DNA from: Octopus sinensis
Taxonomy: Eukaryota
Direction of reading: 5' to 3'
Assembly (NCBI RefSeq): GCF_006345805.1
Contig: NW_021832127.1
Coordinates: 1 to 64,000 of the forward strand
Length of the DNA stretch: 64,000 nt
Positions 39,377 to 55,983 of this stretch are shown piece by piece. A program made the translations under genes and the position numbers. The notes beneath the pieces are model-generated. The model did no database searches, was not told the DNA's origin, and was given only the letters and a program-made list of their open reading frames with translations. The first letter of the stretch is position 1. The number at the start of each line of letters is the position of its first letter.

Positions 39377-40139
39377 AGTCTATATCCGATATCAAAACAT
39401 TCTCAGAGCTACCCTGTACAATGAATCCTACCAACAGTTATTCTTATGAAGCTCTCTCACAGAATAATGAAATATCCAATTTTAGAAATTTTCTTGAGAA
39501 ATTTGATTTCCAAATTGGGAGAGTTCAGAGTCTTCCCCGAACTAACCGGCTTGCCACTGATTAAAAAGCTACTATTTGAAATGAATCTTGCAATGAAAAA
39601 ATATTTGAAATCCTATCTTTCTACGAACTTGAAATTTCAGACATTATTTATGCTGTTCAAATTTCTTAGAAAACATATCAAATTCTTCTCGAGCAAGCTG
39701 CAAATTTGTTGAAAGTTCATCTGAAAAAATTGAAACATTAAAAAATATGTCTTTGGTCAATAATTTTCCTAATTTGACTGCAAAAAGTATGGAGTGGAAA
39801 AAAACATATGGCTATAAAAAGTCAAAAGAAGGAGAGGTTGCTAGAATCTATATTTTAATTTCTGACAAAATAAAGATCCTGGAAAAGAAGCGAAAGTTAA
39901 AATTATTTCTATTTTGTTGACCAGTAGGTAAAGAGAATTTTCTGAACCTATCTGTCGTATTTTCTAGGAGTTGTCTAAGATACTTATGTTTTGCAGCCAT
40001 GCAGGGACATCGGGATGTGAGTACAAAACGACTTTAATGTCAAAAGGGCAAGAATGGTGACTCCATTTAGGCGTTTATTGTCTCCACGGTAAAGCCCAAC
40101 AGATTCAAGTTTTGTCGGCAGCTTTTTTTTAATGGAGAA

Positions 40140-41500
40140 AATGTTGCGGGACATGAAAGAAAAGTTATAGAGCAGTTACATTTCCCAATGGAGAAATATT
40201 CTCGAATTTAACGAGATTAAGTGCCTATTTTTGTGATTCATGAAATGCAACAGTACCAAGAAGTCTAAAGGACTCTTTCGGGTCGTCCCTTCTTTTGGCA
40301 ATTCTTCTCCCCAAACAGCGTAAGAAACAAAGCGACTTGGAGCCAAAGACTCCAGAGGTCTCAACGGCGATGGGCGTGAAAATAAGACCGTATTTCCGGA
40401 TTTTAGGATTTTCAGCACGATTAAAAGCGAAGCTTTGGTCGACGGCCGACATGGCTAGGTTCCAGTTGGATAATGTGTCACAGCAGGTAGAATCCCATAT
40501 AAGGGATTTTCCCTGTTTGAAGGGGAATGTAGTTAAGCCGTCAGGGCGTTTGCCGTCACCTCTGTTCAAACCGACAGTTTCGAGGACAGATGGCACCCCG
40601 GAGGCTTCGAGGGATCTCTTCACAATGTCATTCAGTTAACTGTAGCGAGGCGGACGGCCTGTACTACCGAGGCATGCGAGGGGATGTAATCCAAACTCGT
40701 CCAAACTCCTTAGGGCTTTCAGCACGACGGGTTCTGTGGCAACAAAGGAATTGAAAGCAAGGGAGTCAGGGGACGGCTGAGGTCTAAAGTTTTTGGGCTG
40801 AGGGGGATGTTTGTCCCTGAGAGAATTCAAGACGGCAGGTGTAGAAGACAAAAGGGAACTTGTTGAAGCGACAAGCCTGACAGCACCGCGAACATCGCCA
40901 TCCAAAAGTTTACTATTCACCTTTCTGCAAAGATAGTTATCATCGTTTGCCGGTGCAGGCGCTTGATTGGAAGAATGGCTAGTGGAAAGCTCTGATTTAG
41001 CGAGATAGTCCTCAAGCCGGTAAAAAGAAAAACAATTCTGATCGTACAAACCCACTTTTTGTTTAAAAATCGTGGCTAGCGAAGGAGAGAAGGTTTTATT
41101 ACGGTCTCTAGATGAAAGAAACCCGAGGCCAAAAAAAGCAAAACAGAACAATTTAAGCCAATCGGATTGCCCATCAGAAGGTAGGGTATTATCTATTGCG
41201 ACGGTCAAGGAGGAAGCTGCCAGGGTACGAGCAGCCTTAGGGATTCTTGGGGGGATTTGCCGGAGACGGTGGAAAAGTTTGATAGATTTGAGAACGAAAG
41301 AGATAGAACAGGTCTCAGAAATGGGGACGGAATCGGGAAAAGGTCAGGAGAGTGGCAAGAGCAAGAAATTGCAAGAGGGGATGGCAATAATGAGGCGCCA
41401 GAAAGGCAGGCGCGACAGACTCAGGTTGGAAGGCGTTCTGACGTGCGGCGAGCTTGAGAAACACATGAAAGATGAAAGAACTGCGTACAAGAAGAATAAA
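40140..41500 (-). mobile_element. CRE-clade LINE, internally deleted (related to 27100-29760)
   Basis: WLKLFCFAFFGL, SKLLDGDVRGAVRL, RGDGKRPDG and LIWDSTC. Confidence 0.85.
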
Positions 41501-41759
41501 ATCGGCCTTTTTTATTTTTGTTAACCACGTTGCAGATGATGCAGAGAGAAACAGAGTTGCGAATAGGATTAGGAAAATTCATAAAAGAATACAAGATCGA
41601 AACAAATAGTGGATTGAGAAAAGATTACTGGAGGAAAGAATAAGAAGGGGTGATAGAAACAGAAAAGCAATTTACTTGATAAAATAGAATAACACCACAA
41701 CAGCAAATAACAAAAAAAGATATCGAGCTTGTAACGTAGCCAAAATAATCTCTTTGATA

Positions 41760-42000
41760 GGGAAGCACAGCTAGAACTCCTTCTGCATGAAAGGGGGTGT
41801 AATCCGTTGGCATCGACTTTATTACAACATCGGCATTGACACCCTCGAACAAACATTAAGTCCCAAGCGCATTGCTACGCTAATCCTCACACAGTCATTA
41901 TCGAGAAAAGTTCCAGGCTGAGAACAAGGAAGGGCATTAAGCCACGCACCACTTTCAGGTCTCAGGCTGAGAACCACTGCCCTAGACTGAAAATTAAGAA
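41760..42000 (-). mobile_element. CRE zinc-knuckle fragment
   Basis: [17 protein letters not shown]...[21 protein letters not shown]. Confidence 0.75.
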
Positions 42001-42204
42001 TTAATAGATGGGGCTTATTCGGTCACATCTTAAGAATGACAGGAACACTCTAGTTAATCTCGTGGTGGAACACTTCTACGGACCCATCCTGGATCGACTT
42101 TGAGGGGAAGACCACGGACTACGCTTCTAACTGTTTGAAATCAAAATCTAACCCGGATTGGAAAAGGGCTGACATCAATTGATGGCTTTTCAGATTCAAA
42201 AAAA

Positions 42205-42560
42205 ACAATGTAAAATTGGGCCGGGTCAGATAAGAAAATTCCGTTAATGATTGGGAAATATTAGAAACCCAGATGTTTTAAAAACGTTAAAATTGAGAAA
42301 TATTTCAAATACTGTCATTCCTCAAAAGCATAGATGACTGACAAAATTTTATTGAATAGCTTTATCAATGAGATATGGAATTAAAAAAGGAAAAATTCTT
42401 TTAATTATTGACCAATGCCCATTATATAAAATATTAATCAATTAAAATTTATTGAAATTATTTTTTCCCCGCCGAACACCTTAACAAAATTGCAATCAAT
42501 AAATCAAGAAATAATTCGTTCCTTTAATACTGAATTCAACCGCATGTAGGCAGAAATATG
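42205..42560 (+). pseudogene. pogo/Tigger DDE relic
   Basis: IGKY.KPRCF, KA.MT, ILLIID and FFPPNT..LQ motifs with stops. Confidence 0.6.
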
Positions 42561-42916
42561 AAGTTTTATCACGAACAGAAATCTGTAAACATGTCTATGT
42601 TAAGTTTAGTCTTGTAGAAAAAATTTTACTTAAAAGTAGTTTAAAATTGAATTTTAAATATAAATCAAACAACTCAATTTAATATAGTTTTTCAACAATT
42701 AACTTATAAAATCTTATATTTCTAGTCCACTTTTGAGCTACGATATTTAATATTATTTTTCCGGAGAAATATTAAATCTAACAAAAATATGCAAGTGTTC
42801 CATGATTTTTTGAACCATTGTAGTTTTAGACGTACCATCAGCTACGTCATATATCAGTATATAGTAATCAATATATAAATTACAAAGGAAAATCAAATGA
42901 AAGAAAATAACAAGAA

Positions 42917-44325
<1,409 letters not shown>

Positions 44326-44479
44326 TAAAGTTTCTTTAAAGAATAGAGAAAAGTGATACCAGAATATAAAAAGCATGAAGAAATTAAATAATTTTTCACG
44401 TTTTTAAATAATAATAAAATAAATTTTTTAATAATTAATTCTTAACACCTTATTTGTTTTTCTATTGATAATGTAGTTA

Positions 44480-44925
44480 TGGCGGGTGCAAGAAAGGTTA
44501 ACTTCCTGAAGGCCTTCCTGAAGAACGCAGGAGAATGCAAAGGCCTATATGGCCAAACAACATATATAACCAATACTTGGAACCTACGATCGGATATACG
44601 TGCGGAATCTGGGGAACAAACTTAAGTGCAAACAATCAATCAAAAATCGACAAAATTCGGTTGAAAGCGACAAACCTGCTAAATACTTTTTCCGATAAAG
44701 AGATTATCCCAAAAGCCTGGGACAACATCATAAAGTCATCTGCAATCCATCTACGAGAGGTTCGTCCTGAAAATCCCCGTCCGTACCGAAAATGCGTCGG
44801 GACAACGGCGGAACATCGGGAGAGGCTGCGCGAACTGCTGAGGGAGGCTGGGATCACCTGAATTCTTCTTTCTTTTGTCTATGACGGTGGTTTTCTGGTT
44901 CAATAAATAAAAATAAACAAAAATT
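44480..44925 (+). mobile_element. 3' fragment of a GIT-ending LINE family
   Basis: YNQYLEPTIGY...YRKCVGTTAEHRERLRELLREAGIT*, GATCACC...GGTGGTT hairpin and A-rich tail. Confidence 0.85.
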
Positions 44926-45049
44926 CTAACTTCTGCCGTCTATATTTACGATGTTACTCCTGGCTGATACTCTGTTCGTGTGCTGCTGACATTAGAAAAA
45001 TTATCTATGATTTTTCGACCATTGGATGATCGCTTAACTCTTAGAAATG

Positions 45050-45690
45050 CAGTACAATGCGACCTCAAATTGGAGAAATTTTTCCTTTATTTTTGAGGTT
45101 TTCCCCATAAAAAGAGTTTTCTCCTCATTTCCTTGTTAAATCAAGATAACCAATTTTCGAAAATATTTTTGTCATCAACGCGTTTCAAAATAATCATATT
45201 CAATGCCGATTTCTTTCAGATTTACACCTTTTAATACTCTTGGTAATTTCGTACGCCCATTTATAAGCTGTTTATCTTTTTCTACTCTGTTACTGCAACA
45301 CTAAAAAGGTTCATACGTTCTTTTCTTATTTTATGTTTGTTGTGTGATTTGTTTCTTTCAACAAAACTTTTTTTAATAGTTTTATAAAAGAATGCAGTTT
45401 TATCACAGCTGAAAATCTTTCTTCAGCTATAGTTTTCAAGCAAATCATTGAAAATCGATCGTAAGTTTTCCGCAACTCTTTTATCGGCTGATCGTGATTT
45501 GCCTTTCGACCTGGAATACGAATAATCTTGTAAACTTTGGCATCACTTTGTATCCAATTATTTCTTCGGATGTTGAGAAGGCATGAGCTAGAATTCTTTT
45601 CTTTTTAAGTCGATATAGCATTCATTTATAGATGTTAAAGCCTTTAAATCATTTTATTCTTAGGACCAGACTATATATCCTTGCAAATTC
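45050..45690 (-). pseudogene. pogo/Tigger relic
   Basis: IFSCDKTAFFYK and K.RKER motifs. CAGTA-type terminus near 45050. Confidence 0.6.
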
Positions 45691-45785
45691 TGCCTAGGGA
45701 GGATGAGGTCCCTGGTCGAGTGCATCGGCATCACGGGACGTTTGTTTGATTTTTACCGTGGTTCTGGCGGTTAAATAAATAAACA
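45690..45785 (+). mobile_element. ~95-bp 3' tail of a divergent GIT-family LINE
   Basis: RMRSLVECIGIT, ATCACGG...CCGTGGT stem and (TAAA)n tail. Confidence 0.6.
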
Positions 45786-47060
45786 GGTTAAAAATTCAAT
45801 TTGTTCAACTTGCGTCAATTTCCTCATCTATAAAAAATGTCTTTTCGATAATATAAATAATTAATTCAAAGAATTGAAACTAATCCTGAAAAGGTAAGAT
45901 CGATATTAATTCTCCTCTGTTTTGAAGAATTTAAATAAAATCTAGTCTTTTATAAAAACTAAATTCGTTAGTGATTACAAAAATCCTAAAAAATGAATTA
46001 AAATCGCAAGCATGCAAAAAAATGATTGCTAAATTCCAAATCGAAATGAAGTGATGCTCTTTTGGTTTCTAAACTATTCGGTAACTCTAGAAAAAGTTGC
46101 CAAGTGTCTTCACCAACCAGGTAGATGCCACTGCGTTATCAACACCGTCTCGTTTAAGTTATTTCCGAAAAAGAAATGACTTGATATCTAAAAAATGTAC
46201 CTGAGATGTTATTTAAGTTACATTATTAACCGCAAATAAAATCGCAGATCCCGGCGTTCGGGAACTCAATTTCTTTAATCGAATTGGTGTTGGAAAGTAT
46301 GTCTACAAAGTAAACCCTAAAACTACAAAACCAAAAAAAAGTTTTAATACGTTTAATTTGTTCAATATATTAAAATTTAACGAATCATATGCAAAATTTG
46401 CAACGACTTAAGAGCGTGATTCTGAAAATTTGTTTGAAAATATAAACAATATGATTTATTGAATTTAAATTCTTCGATAAGCATTTCTATATATCGAAAT
46501 CTATTAATCCCATTTTTTTCTGGATTGTAAAAAACATTTGGGATAAAACATTTACAACTATAACACAATTATTATTTAAAACATTTTTAAATAAATCATT
46601 TATGAATTATTATAAAAATAAATTTAAGAAAAATTTATGAAACTTACTATCACATTTAATGATCTTTAGAAACGAATGTTTAGAATCGATTCGGCACATG
46701 ATCTTAACGTATTATCAATGGAATGCAATATTTTATATCGTATAAAACAGGGCGAGCATCTCAATAAGTATAATAGTTTGAGGAGGGGAATGCAATATTT
46801 GAGGAGGAAAAGGGTCTCCATATTTTATATATTCTAAGTATTGCACTATGGAAGATAAACTTACTTTTTTGCAAACTCAATTAACAATCCTTGCTTTTTT
46901 GCCATAAGATAATTTGTTCCTTTGACAACTTGATCGTTGTAGCTTTCAATTTTGATCTGTGGACGACTATATATTCTATGGCGTTCATAATACTGTCATT
47001 GAATAAATATTCATTAAAGATAAAATATTTCTTTTTGATCTTTCTATTTATCACTTAAAG

Positions 47061-48118
47061 CAGGTGTTCTCAACCGGGGGCGAATCGCCCCCCTAGGGGC
47101 GAAAATTTTGAACAGGGGGGCGATAATTTTGTACAGGGGGGCGATTTTAAAATAGCACGCTGTTTTTACATTCTTGTTTGGTATCTAAGATGTCTTCTCG
47201 CTCAAATAAGAAAAGTCGTCATTATCAAAACGAATATTTAAAATATGGGTTTATTCAAAGTACTGAAGATACAAAACAGCCTTATTGTCTTATTTGTCAA
47301 TGTTCTTTCTCAAATGAGGCGATGAAGCCATCACGATTACAGGATCATCTAAAACGCAAGCACTCGGATAAAATGTCAAAGCCGATTGAATATTTTCAAA
47401 ATTTAAAATACAATTTTGAAAATAAGAAAACGATCAAATCGTTATTCACAAAGCCAGTACATGATGGTTATTTAACATTTATTTATATGTAGTTGTGGGT
47501 GCGCACATCGCTTCTTATAAAATTGCTGAAATTATTGCGAAAACTTCCAGTTCTCATACTATCGCAGAAAATGCAATAATTCCATTACTGGAAGTAATAA
47601 TATCGGATGTAATGCATCAAGATGCTTCTAAAATTATTAAAAGTCTACCTCTTAGCAATGATTCGATTATTATTATTATTTAAGCCACACAAAATCACCG
47701 TCTTAACCATTAACTAACACGTTCAGGTGATTCGTCGAAGAATTGATGAAATGGGTGACAATGCAAAAGAAATCCTTATTGAAAAACTGAAGCGAAGTAA
47801 GTTTTCATTACAAATTGATGAAAGCGTCATTGTAGATAGCAAAGCTGTTTTAATGGGATTTAAACCCGACATAGAATATTTAGCGAGTAAACATCAATAT
47901 CAAGGGTCTCACTAATAATTTTTAATAAAAATTCAATTTTTTACATTTGATTTATTATTTTATATTTTGATTTTTGAGTTATATACAAAAAACAACCAAT
48001 TAAGGGACAATGCCCAAAAATTTTTAAATTGTATGTGGACAAGGGGGCGATAAAATTTCAAAGGAGGGCGATAAAATATCTAAGGGGGCGATGAACAAAG
48101 AAAGGTTGAGAATGCCTG
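47061..48118 (+). mobile_element. hAT Buster/Charlie element, internally deleted
   Basis: TIR CAGGTGTTCTCAACC / GGTTGAGAATGCCTG and 8-bp TSD ACTTAAAG/AGTTAAAG. BED finger, 26-nt intron at 47467-47492, LPLSNDSI-RRRIDEM and FSLQIDES. Confidence 0.9.
47669..47732 (-). mobile_element. ~64-bp LINE 3' hairpin + (AAT)n insertion
   Basis: Nearly identical to the 3' end at ~30940-31005. Removing it restores LSNDSIRRRIDEM. Confidence 0.85.
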
Positions 48119-48299
48119 AGTTAAAGGACTTACTCAGTACCCTATGCGATTTCAAAACAATATTTACATGATGCATCTGCGTAATTTTTCTTGAAATAAG
48201 ATTGTTTTTGTGATGTTTATACATTTACATTAGGTCATTCTTGAATGATATTTATGTTAAACTTCATTAAAAATGAATTTGTAGTTTATGATTATATTT

Positions 48300-48948
48300 C
48301 ATAATCCGAACAGCAAATATTTTTCCAGAATCATCCAATACATTGCATTAGCAATGGAGCAACTGTTTCTATTAATCCTTTAGTAAATTCGTCAAGATTT
48401 TAAACAGGGATAATCTTAAGAAGTTTTACTTTAATGCATAGGTAACTCTTATTTAAACACTCTTTAATCGTGTTTAATCTAAAAACGATCCATAACAATT
48501 TATCATCAATCAACTGAGAATCAATTTCGCCATCTTCGAATCTGTGACCTGATTAAAGTTTTTGAAATAGATAAAAAAACCTTTCCTAACAATAGGACAG
48601 TAAAACATTTCAGAAGACGGATAAGTCCAATTTTTTGAATCAAAAGAGAACATTGGAATACTTGACGTTTCTTTTGTTTTTTTAGATTACAGAAATTCTC
48701 AAAAACTGTATCCTTACTAAGATCTGGAATCTATTTTCTAAGATTTCATATTATCGAAAACCATATTCCAATCATTTACAATCTCTATACTGTTCTGTGC
48801 AATTGGAAACCTTCCTTCTGATGGGTTAGAGATTTTCGCATTATTATTTAACTTCTCTCTTGATATTGGACAAAAAACTTCATTTAAAATATAATTAATT
48901 AGAAAACTAAGAAGCAGAATTGAATACCAGCTTCGTTGAGAGACGCAT
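48300..48948 (-). pseudogene. Holocytochrome c synthase-like gene, N-terminal half only
   Basis: After splicing: CP motif, NDWNMIP, KETSSIP...NWTYPSSEMFY...RKGHRFEDGEI, matching HCCS domain I. No IHN, FDRHDW or IDYY motif was found downstream. Confidence 0.6.
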
Positions 48949-48986
48949 GTGACGTAATTACTGTAATGCAATTTATTCAAAAAAAA

Positions 48987-51282
48987 TTAATTGTTATAAT
49001 TTTGATAACTTGTTCGAAAAATGTTTCTATCATCTTGGGACGTATTATTTGAAATTGAAGTGGGAAAAATCAATCCGTTGAAGAATGGCTGAGAATAATT
49101 AGAAACTGTGAACAATCGAGGAGCTACTGACTGAGATGAACCAAATAGAGAGTGAAACACTTGGCCATTGAAAGCCGAGTTTTTAAATGGAAGGTCTCGA
49201 TGAGTAATGCTGCTACTTCCACCAAATACAGTATTCATTGAGTCAAAACAAGGCCTCTTATTGGAAGGTAAAGGAAATCTTAGAACATGTGGTTCATATT
49301 GGGTATCCTGACAAAGAGAACGTACCGATCCTTCTATGAGGACTAAAGAGGGCGGTTCATTCTCAACTTCTAGATTATTTATATCTTTATCCTCGTCAGA
49401 ATCTTCAATAACAATAACATCGTCTCCATTCTTCGAAATATTGACCACGCTCTCAGTTATCGGAGTCGGTTCTTTATTTTCAGTGGTATCAAAAATTTGT
49501 GAGGGATTCACTGAATCAGAACCACGCCTCTTATTGGAGGATAAAGGAAATCGTAGAATATGTGGTTCATTTTGGATATCCTGACAAAGAGAACGTACTG
49601 ATCCTTCTATGAGGACTAAAGAGGGCGGTTCATTCTCAACTTCTAGATTATTTATATCTTTATCCTCGTCAGAATCTTCAATGACAATAACATCGTCTTC
49701 ATCCTTTAAAATATTCTCCACATTCTCAGTTATCGGAGTAGGTTCTTTATGTTCAGTGGTATCAGAAATTTCTATGAAAATCAACAATAGCAAGCAACCT
49801 TTAGCAGATTCCATTTTATCTGAAACACGGTGCCAAAGCCCATTCTCATCAAACCTAACAGATCTCACGTGATTTTGAGTCTGCATTAAAATGAAGGAGA
49901 CGTATCTTATGGAATAATATAGTCAAAACACAATACTCGTCAATCTTCACGTAGCAAAAGTCAATAGGCCGAAAACAGATAGGACAGCGCCAATTAGGTC
50001 TTTTCTCATTCATTGTGAGAAAAGTATGGGCATCAAAACATTGAATGTGGTCACATTGCGTTGACCTGACCGGAAGAGACAAACGAGTCTGGGATATCTA
50101 CACATGTAAATAAGGATTTTGAAACAGGACATAGGAGAGAGAGGTATATATCAGTCACAACAGGTTCGTCAGTTTCATTGTTTCCAGAAAGACGTTCAGT
50201 GACTGAAAAGTCACTTTATTAGGTCAATACTCCATTTCTGAGTCTGTTCAGTTGTTATTAGAGATCGAGATTGTATTTTATTTATTAAATCGTTGGCTGA
50301 TAATTTTTTGACAACAAAAATTCCCGCGTAATATTGATCCTAAAAAAATATATATAAATTACTTTTTCGCTAGAACTGTTACGGACAAATAAAAAATTTG
50401 TGCTATTAGGACGTGTAATTGTCACCAGAGTCACATCAACAGGAATCCGCGGGCGTTTCCGTACTTCGTTTTGTCGCTTGATAGGGAGGTATGGCTAAAT
50501 AAAAGGTCGACTTATATAGAATACTGGAAGATCAACAGATTTTGAGTTGAGTTTACACGTTAAAGTTGACGGATATTTATCACGCAAAACATTTGATTCC
50601 AAAACGCCAATTCTAAAATTATTAATTTGAACTGAACCTAAGTTGTACTTGAAATTCAGTCCTGAATCCCATATAGTCAAAGAATCTGTATTATAAAAAT
50701 GAAATATCAAAAATTATTTTATATTGAATAAATATTATTGATAAACATATTTTTTTAAACTTTTTAAAAAACAATTACTTTAAATCTGGGAAAGTATTGT
50801 AAATTGACTCTGTAAAAGTAAATAAGTTTCTGCTGTCACCGTCAGTTATATTATCACCTAAAATAATGTATGACAGAAATACCATTTTTGATTAAGGTTG
50901 GGAATAAAACTGTGTAAAGGTTTTCATAATAAGGAATGTCTTCAAATTTAAGAGAATTCAAATCTATCGGAGGAGCAACTTGTACTGTAGGAAATATCGT
51001 TTTTATTGGAAATATAGCATTATCGCTATTGCTAAAATAAAATTTGTTATCAGGTGTACTCAAAAATAGATTTTATTTCTTTCAGAAAATCAGGATTGTA
51101 AACTGTTTCTAAATTATCACAAATTCGTTTCAACAAATCATCTTTATTTCCAGAAATCTTTGCATGAATATAATGACAAAGTTTTTGCAAATCAACTTTT
51201 CGAAGTTGCCTGAGTAATATCTATTAAAATTTCAATATTTGATATAAACTATATAAGAGGCCAAAATTTCATTTCTCAACAT
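48987..51282 (-). CDS. PIAS: PIAS-family SUMO E3 ligase (SAP, PINIT, SP-RING, duplicated SIM)
   Basis: SAP (LRQLRKVDLQKLC...SGNKDDLLKR), FEDIPYYENL, SP-RING (PVRSTQCDHIQCFDA...WRCPIC), FDENGLW and two copies of VIVIEDSDED. Confidence 0.9.
49252..49773. repeat. 273-bp in-frame tandem duplication in PIAS exon
   Basis: Blocks at 49336 and 49609 are nearly identical, a period of 273 nt (91 aa). Confidence 0.92.
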
Positions 51283-51573
51283 TTTAAAACAAAAATTTCC
51301 AAAAGTCTCACTAAAGTGCTTTAATAATATTAGTCTATTTAGCTAGAAATCAATACTTAAAAAATATTAAGAATAATTAAATCAGCTTATTTTATATAAC
51401 AAATTAATTATTAATCAATGGAAACTGGTTTAATTAAAATACTAAAAATGTATATAAAACAATAATTAATATATAATGCATATTAAATTTATCTTTGTTA
51501 TAAATAAATTAATTTATTATATGAATTTTATTTTAAAAATATAAAAATTATTAAAATAAATAAAGAAACTTTT

Positions 51574-53038
<1,465 letters not shown>

Positions 53039-53348
53039 ATATTTCTTGATAATTTTGCTTACTTTTTGAGAAACTAATATTTTAAATACTATCTCAATTT
53101 CTTTACTCACTCGTTTATCTTTTTGAAATCTGTGCATGATCTAATAATTAGATTAGATTCTAATTAATTCGAACAGGCATTAGTATAGAATCTTTGGTCT
53201 TTTAAAAAAAGCACTTTAGGTTCCTTCTTTACCCAGATAACAAAATTTGTTCAAATCGAAAATGAGCCACGATGCGCAAAAATCTTTTTAAAGTATTTCC
53301 CTAACTATCTCAGAAGGGCGAATGCTTCAATTTTATTACCATTTAGGA

Positions 53349-54779
53349 CAGGGGTCGGCAAAAGCAGGCTCGCGAGCCTTTGAAGGCTCTTTAACTCTTA
53401 CGGTAGGCTCTTTCAATTTTTAACTATTTTTTTTGTTTTGTTAATAACAAAAAATCTTTGCACGTTTAACATTAATTTTTTGTGGTACATCGATATATGC
53501 CTAGCAATAAAAAAATTAATAAAAAAATCGATAATGCGCGACATTTTCAATCAAAATGGACTGAGACTTTTGCATTCACGTCTAATTCAGAACAACTACC
53601 GAAATGTCTCATTTGCCAGGAAACTTTGAATCAAAATAAAGGGGTTAGGAATCTGTAGAAGAACTTGCAAAGAATAATCAGATTGAGAATTCCGCTTTTA
53701 AATATTGGTATCACAATGCCAGGACTGCAAATATTGCCAGTTTTTTGATAAGCCACGAGGCAAGGGGAAAACCATTTACCGATGGCGAATTTATAAAGGC
53801 ATGTTTCATTAAAACCTCTGAAGAACTTTTTCACGATTTTTCAAATAAGGCAGAAATCGTGAATACAACAAAGTTCGCTGGCTTTCGAGAGGGAACGTTT
53901 TCAATCGGTTTGCTTATTGTATGCAAGAAGTCAAACTTTTTTTCAATGAGAAAAAAATTCATAATGACGAATTAAGTGATGACCGATGGCTGCAGAAATT
54001 CTATTTTATGGTTGACATAACATCAGAATTAAACAAACTTAATTCAAAATTGCAAAGGAGTGGAAATATTAAATTTTTCATGTATGAGGAAGTGATATTA
54101 TTTGAAAAAAAATTAATTTTGTTGGAAGAGGATATAGAACAAATTATTTTACTTTTCTTAGTCTGTATCTTTTTTTCTTGTCGACATCTTTAAAATATGT
54201 TGGATCGCGATCAGAATTAATATAATCCTTAATTTGTTCTATTTCTTGCAAAAAAAGCTTCACTAAAAACCATGCGGCAATTTGAAATAATTATTTTTTT
54301 TATTAGTTATAATATTATCTATTAACTTAAAATAATTCGATTGTCATCTATTTCATAAAAATTACATTTTTATTTTAATAAAAAGTTGTCGGTCCACTCA
54401 ACGGCGTGGTCCATTCAGCGGACGGTGACACAAAATTACAGATTCGAATTTGGAATCTAACCTCAGATTAAAATTAACGACTTACGACCCAGACATTAAC
54501 TAACTCTCCAAAGAAATGAGGAATCACATTTCTCATTAATGCGTCTAATTAATTTAATTTTTTAAAATGAATTCTTAATTATTTTTTAAATTAATGTCTA
54601 TTTAATTTTATGAATTTAAATTTTTGACAAGTGGTAAAAATTCATAAATTTAAATTAATGTCTATTTAATTTTATGAATTTAAATTTTTGACAAGTGGTA
54701 AAAGGTGACTCTTCAATTTTTCGAAATTTCCAAAAATGTTCAAAATTGGCTCTTCTCCAAAAGTATTTGCCGACCCCTG
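53349..54779 (+). mobile_element. hAT (SPIN/GTF2IRD2-like) element, internally deleted
   Basis: TIR CAGGGGTCGGCAAA at both ends and perfect 8-bp TSD ATTTAGGA. Transposase relics FQSKWTETFAF, GKPFTDGEFIK and WLQKFYFMVDIT. Confidence 0.92.
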
Positions 54780-54950
54780 ATTTAGGAGATCCAACCAGCG
54801 ACATCGATTGCAGGAAAAGAAATCATAATTAGATAATAAAATTAATTTTATTTGTCTGGTATAATAAAAATCCTGTGTATTAAACGATTTCAATCTTAAA
54901 AACCAATAAATGTTTGTTTACCAATAGTCTGAAAGGAAATGTCTTATAAC

Positions 54951-55983
54951 TAGGGCAAACGAAAGTCAACAAGGTCAACTTGAGTTTTTTGTTTAATTAT
55001 AGTGTTAAAATGATATTAGTCAAATTATTTCGATAAAAAAATGTATATATAAAAAGTTATAAAAGCAACAAAGTCAATTTTCTACTCTTATCGTCAACTT
55101 TTATTTTATTGAGGTCATTCGCAAACTCAATGTTGATAGGAAAAATTTTTATTTACTTATTTCTGATGCTGCTTCATATATGGTTTCTTCTGGAAAAGTA
55201 TTAAAGCAATTATATTCAAATCTATTTCATGTCACTTGTGTGGCGCATTTATTACATAATTGTGCCTTCAGAATTGCGCCAAAGCACTTGTTGTCAAAAA
55301 TAATTCACGACGTCAATTATTTACAGAAATTGGATATCCACCCGAGCCCATTGTAACTAGATGGGGTAGTTGGTTAAATGCTGCTGACTATTATGCAAAA
55401 AATTTAACACAAATCATCAATATTTGTAATGGTATAGAAGAGGAATCTTTATTGATACAAAGAGCAAAGGAATCCGTTATGAATGAATTTCTTCATACGA
55501 ATTTAGAAGAAATAAGCCGGGAATATCATTTATTAACAGATATTTTAATGGAAATTGATTCTAATAAATTCACTATTTCAAGAGAGTATCATTTTTTAAA
55601 AAATGTTGATTTTAAAGAAGATTCCTGCAAAATTTGAGACTACATAAGCTTACGAATTTCAAGAAACGACATTTTCAAAATAATGGAGTTATCTAAGCTA
55701 CCAATTACTCCATTTCACCACGCATTATTATTGGATTGCCCGGCAACATCGTGTGAAGTAGAAAGATCATTTTCTATTCTTCACAAAATTTTAACCAAAG
55801 ATAGAAATTTCCTACCTGAAAATGTTAAATACTATTTAATGTTGTGCTTTAAAAAATAAATTTCTGTTTCTTAGGGCAACTTTTTATGCATATTATGTCA
55901 ACTTTGTTTATTTTTTAAAGCAATTTAGTTGACTTTTAAGGTCAATTTTTTACATTTTTAAGAGCAACTTTCCGGTTGCCCTA
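54951..55983 (+). mobile_element. hAT element (TAGGGCAA family), internally deleted
   Basis: TIRs TAGGGCAAACG / CGGTTGCCCTA and perfect 8-bp TSD CTTATAAC. Transposase motifs ISDAASYM, TCVAHLLHNC, TRWGSW and PATSCEVERSFS. Confidence 0.92.

Noticed and set aside
54590-54700. ~56-bp tandem duplication
   Set aside because: A local slippage duplication inside a defective hAT, with no functional signal.
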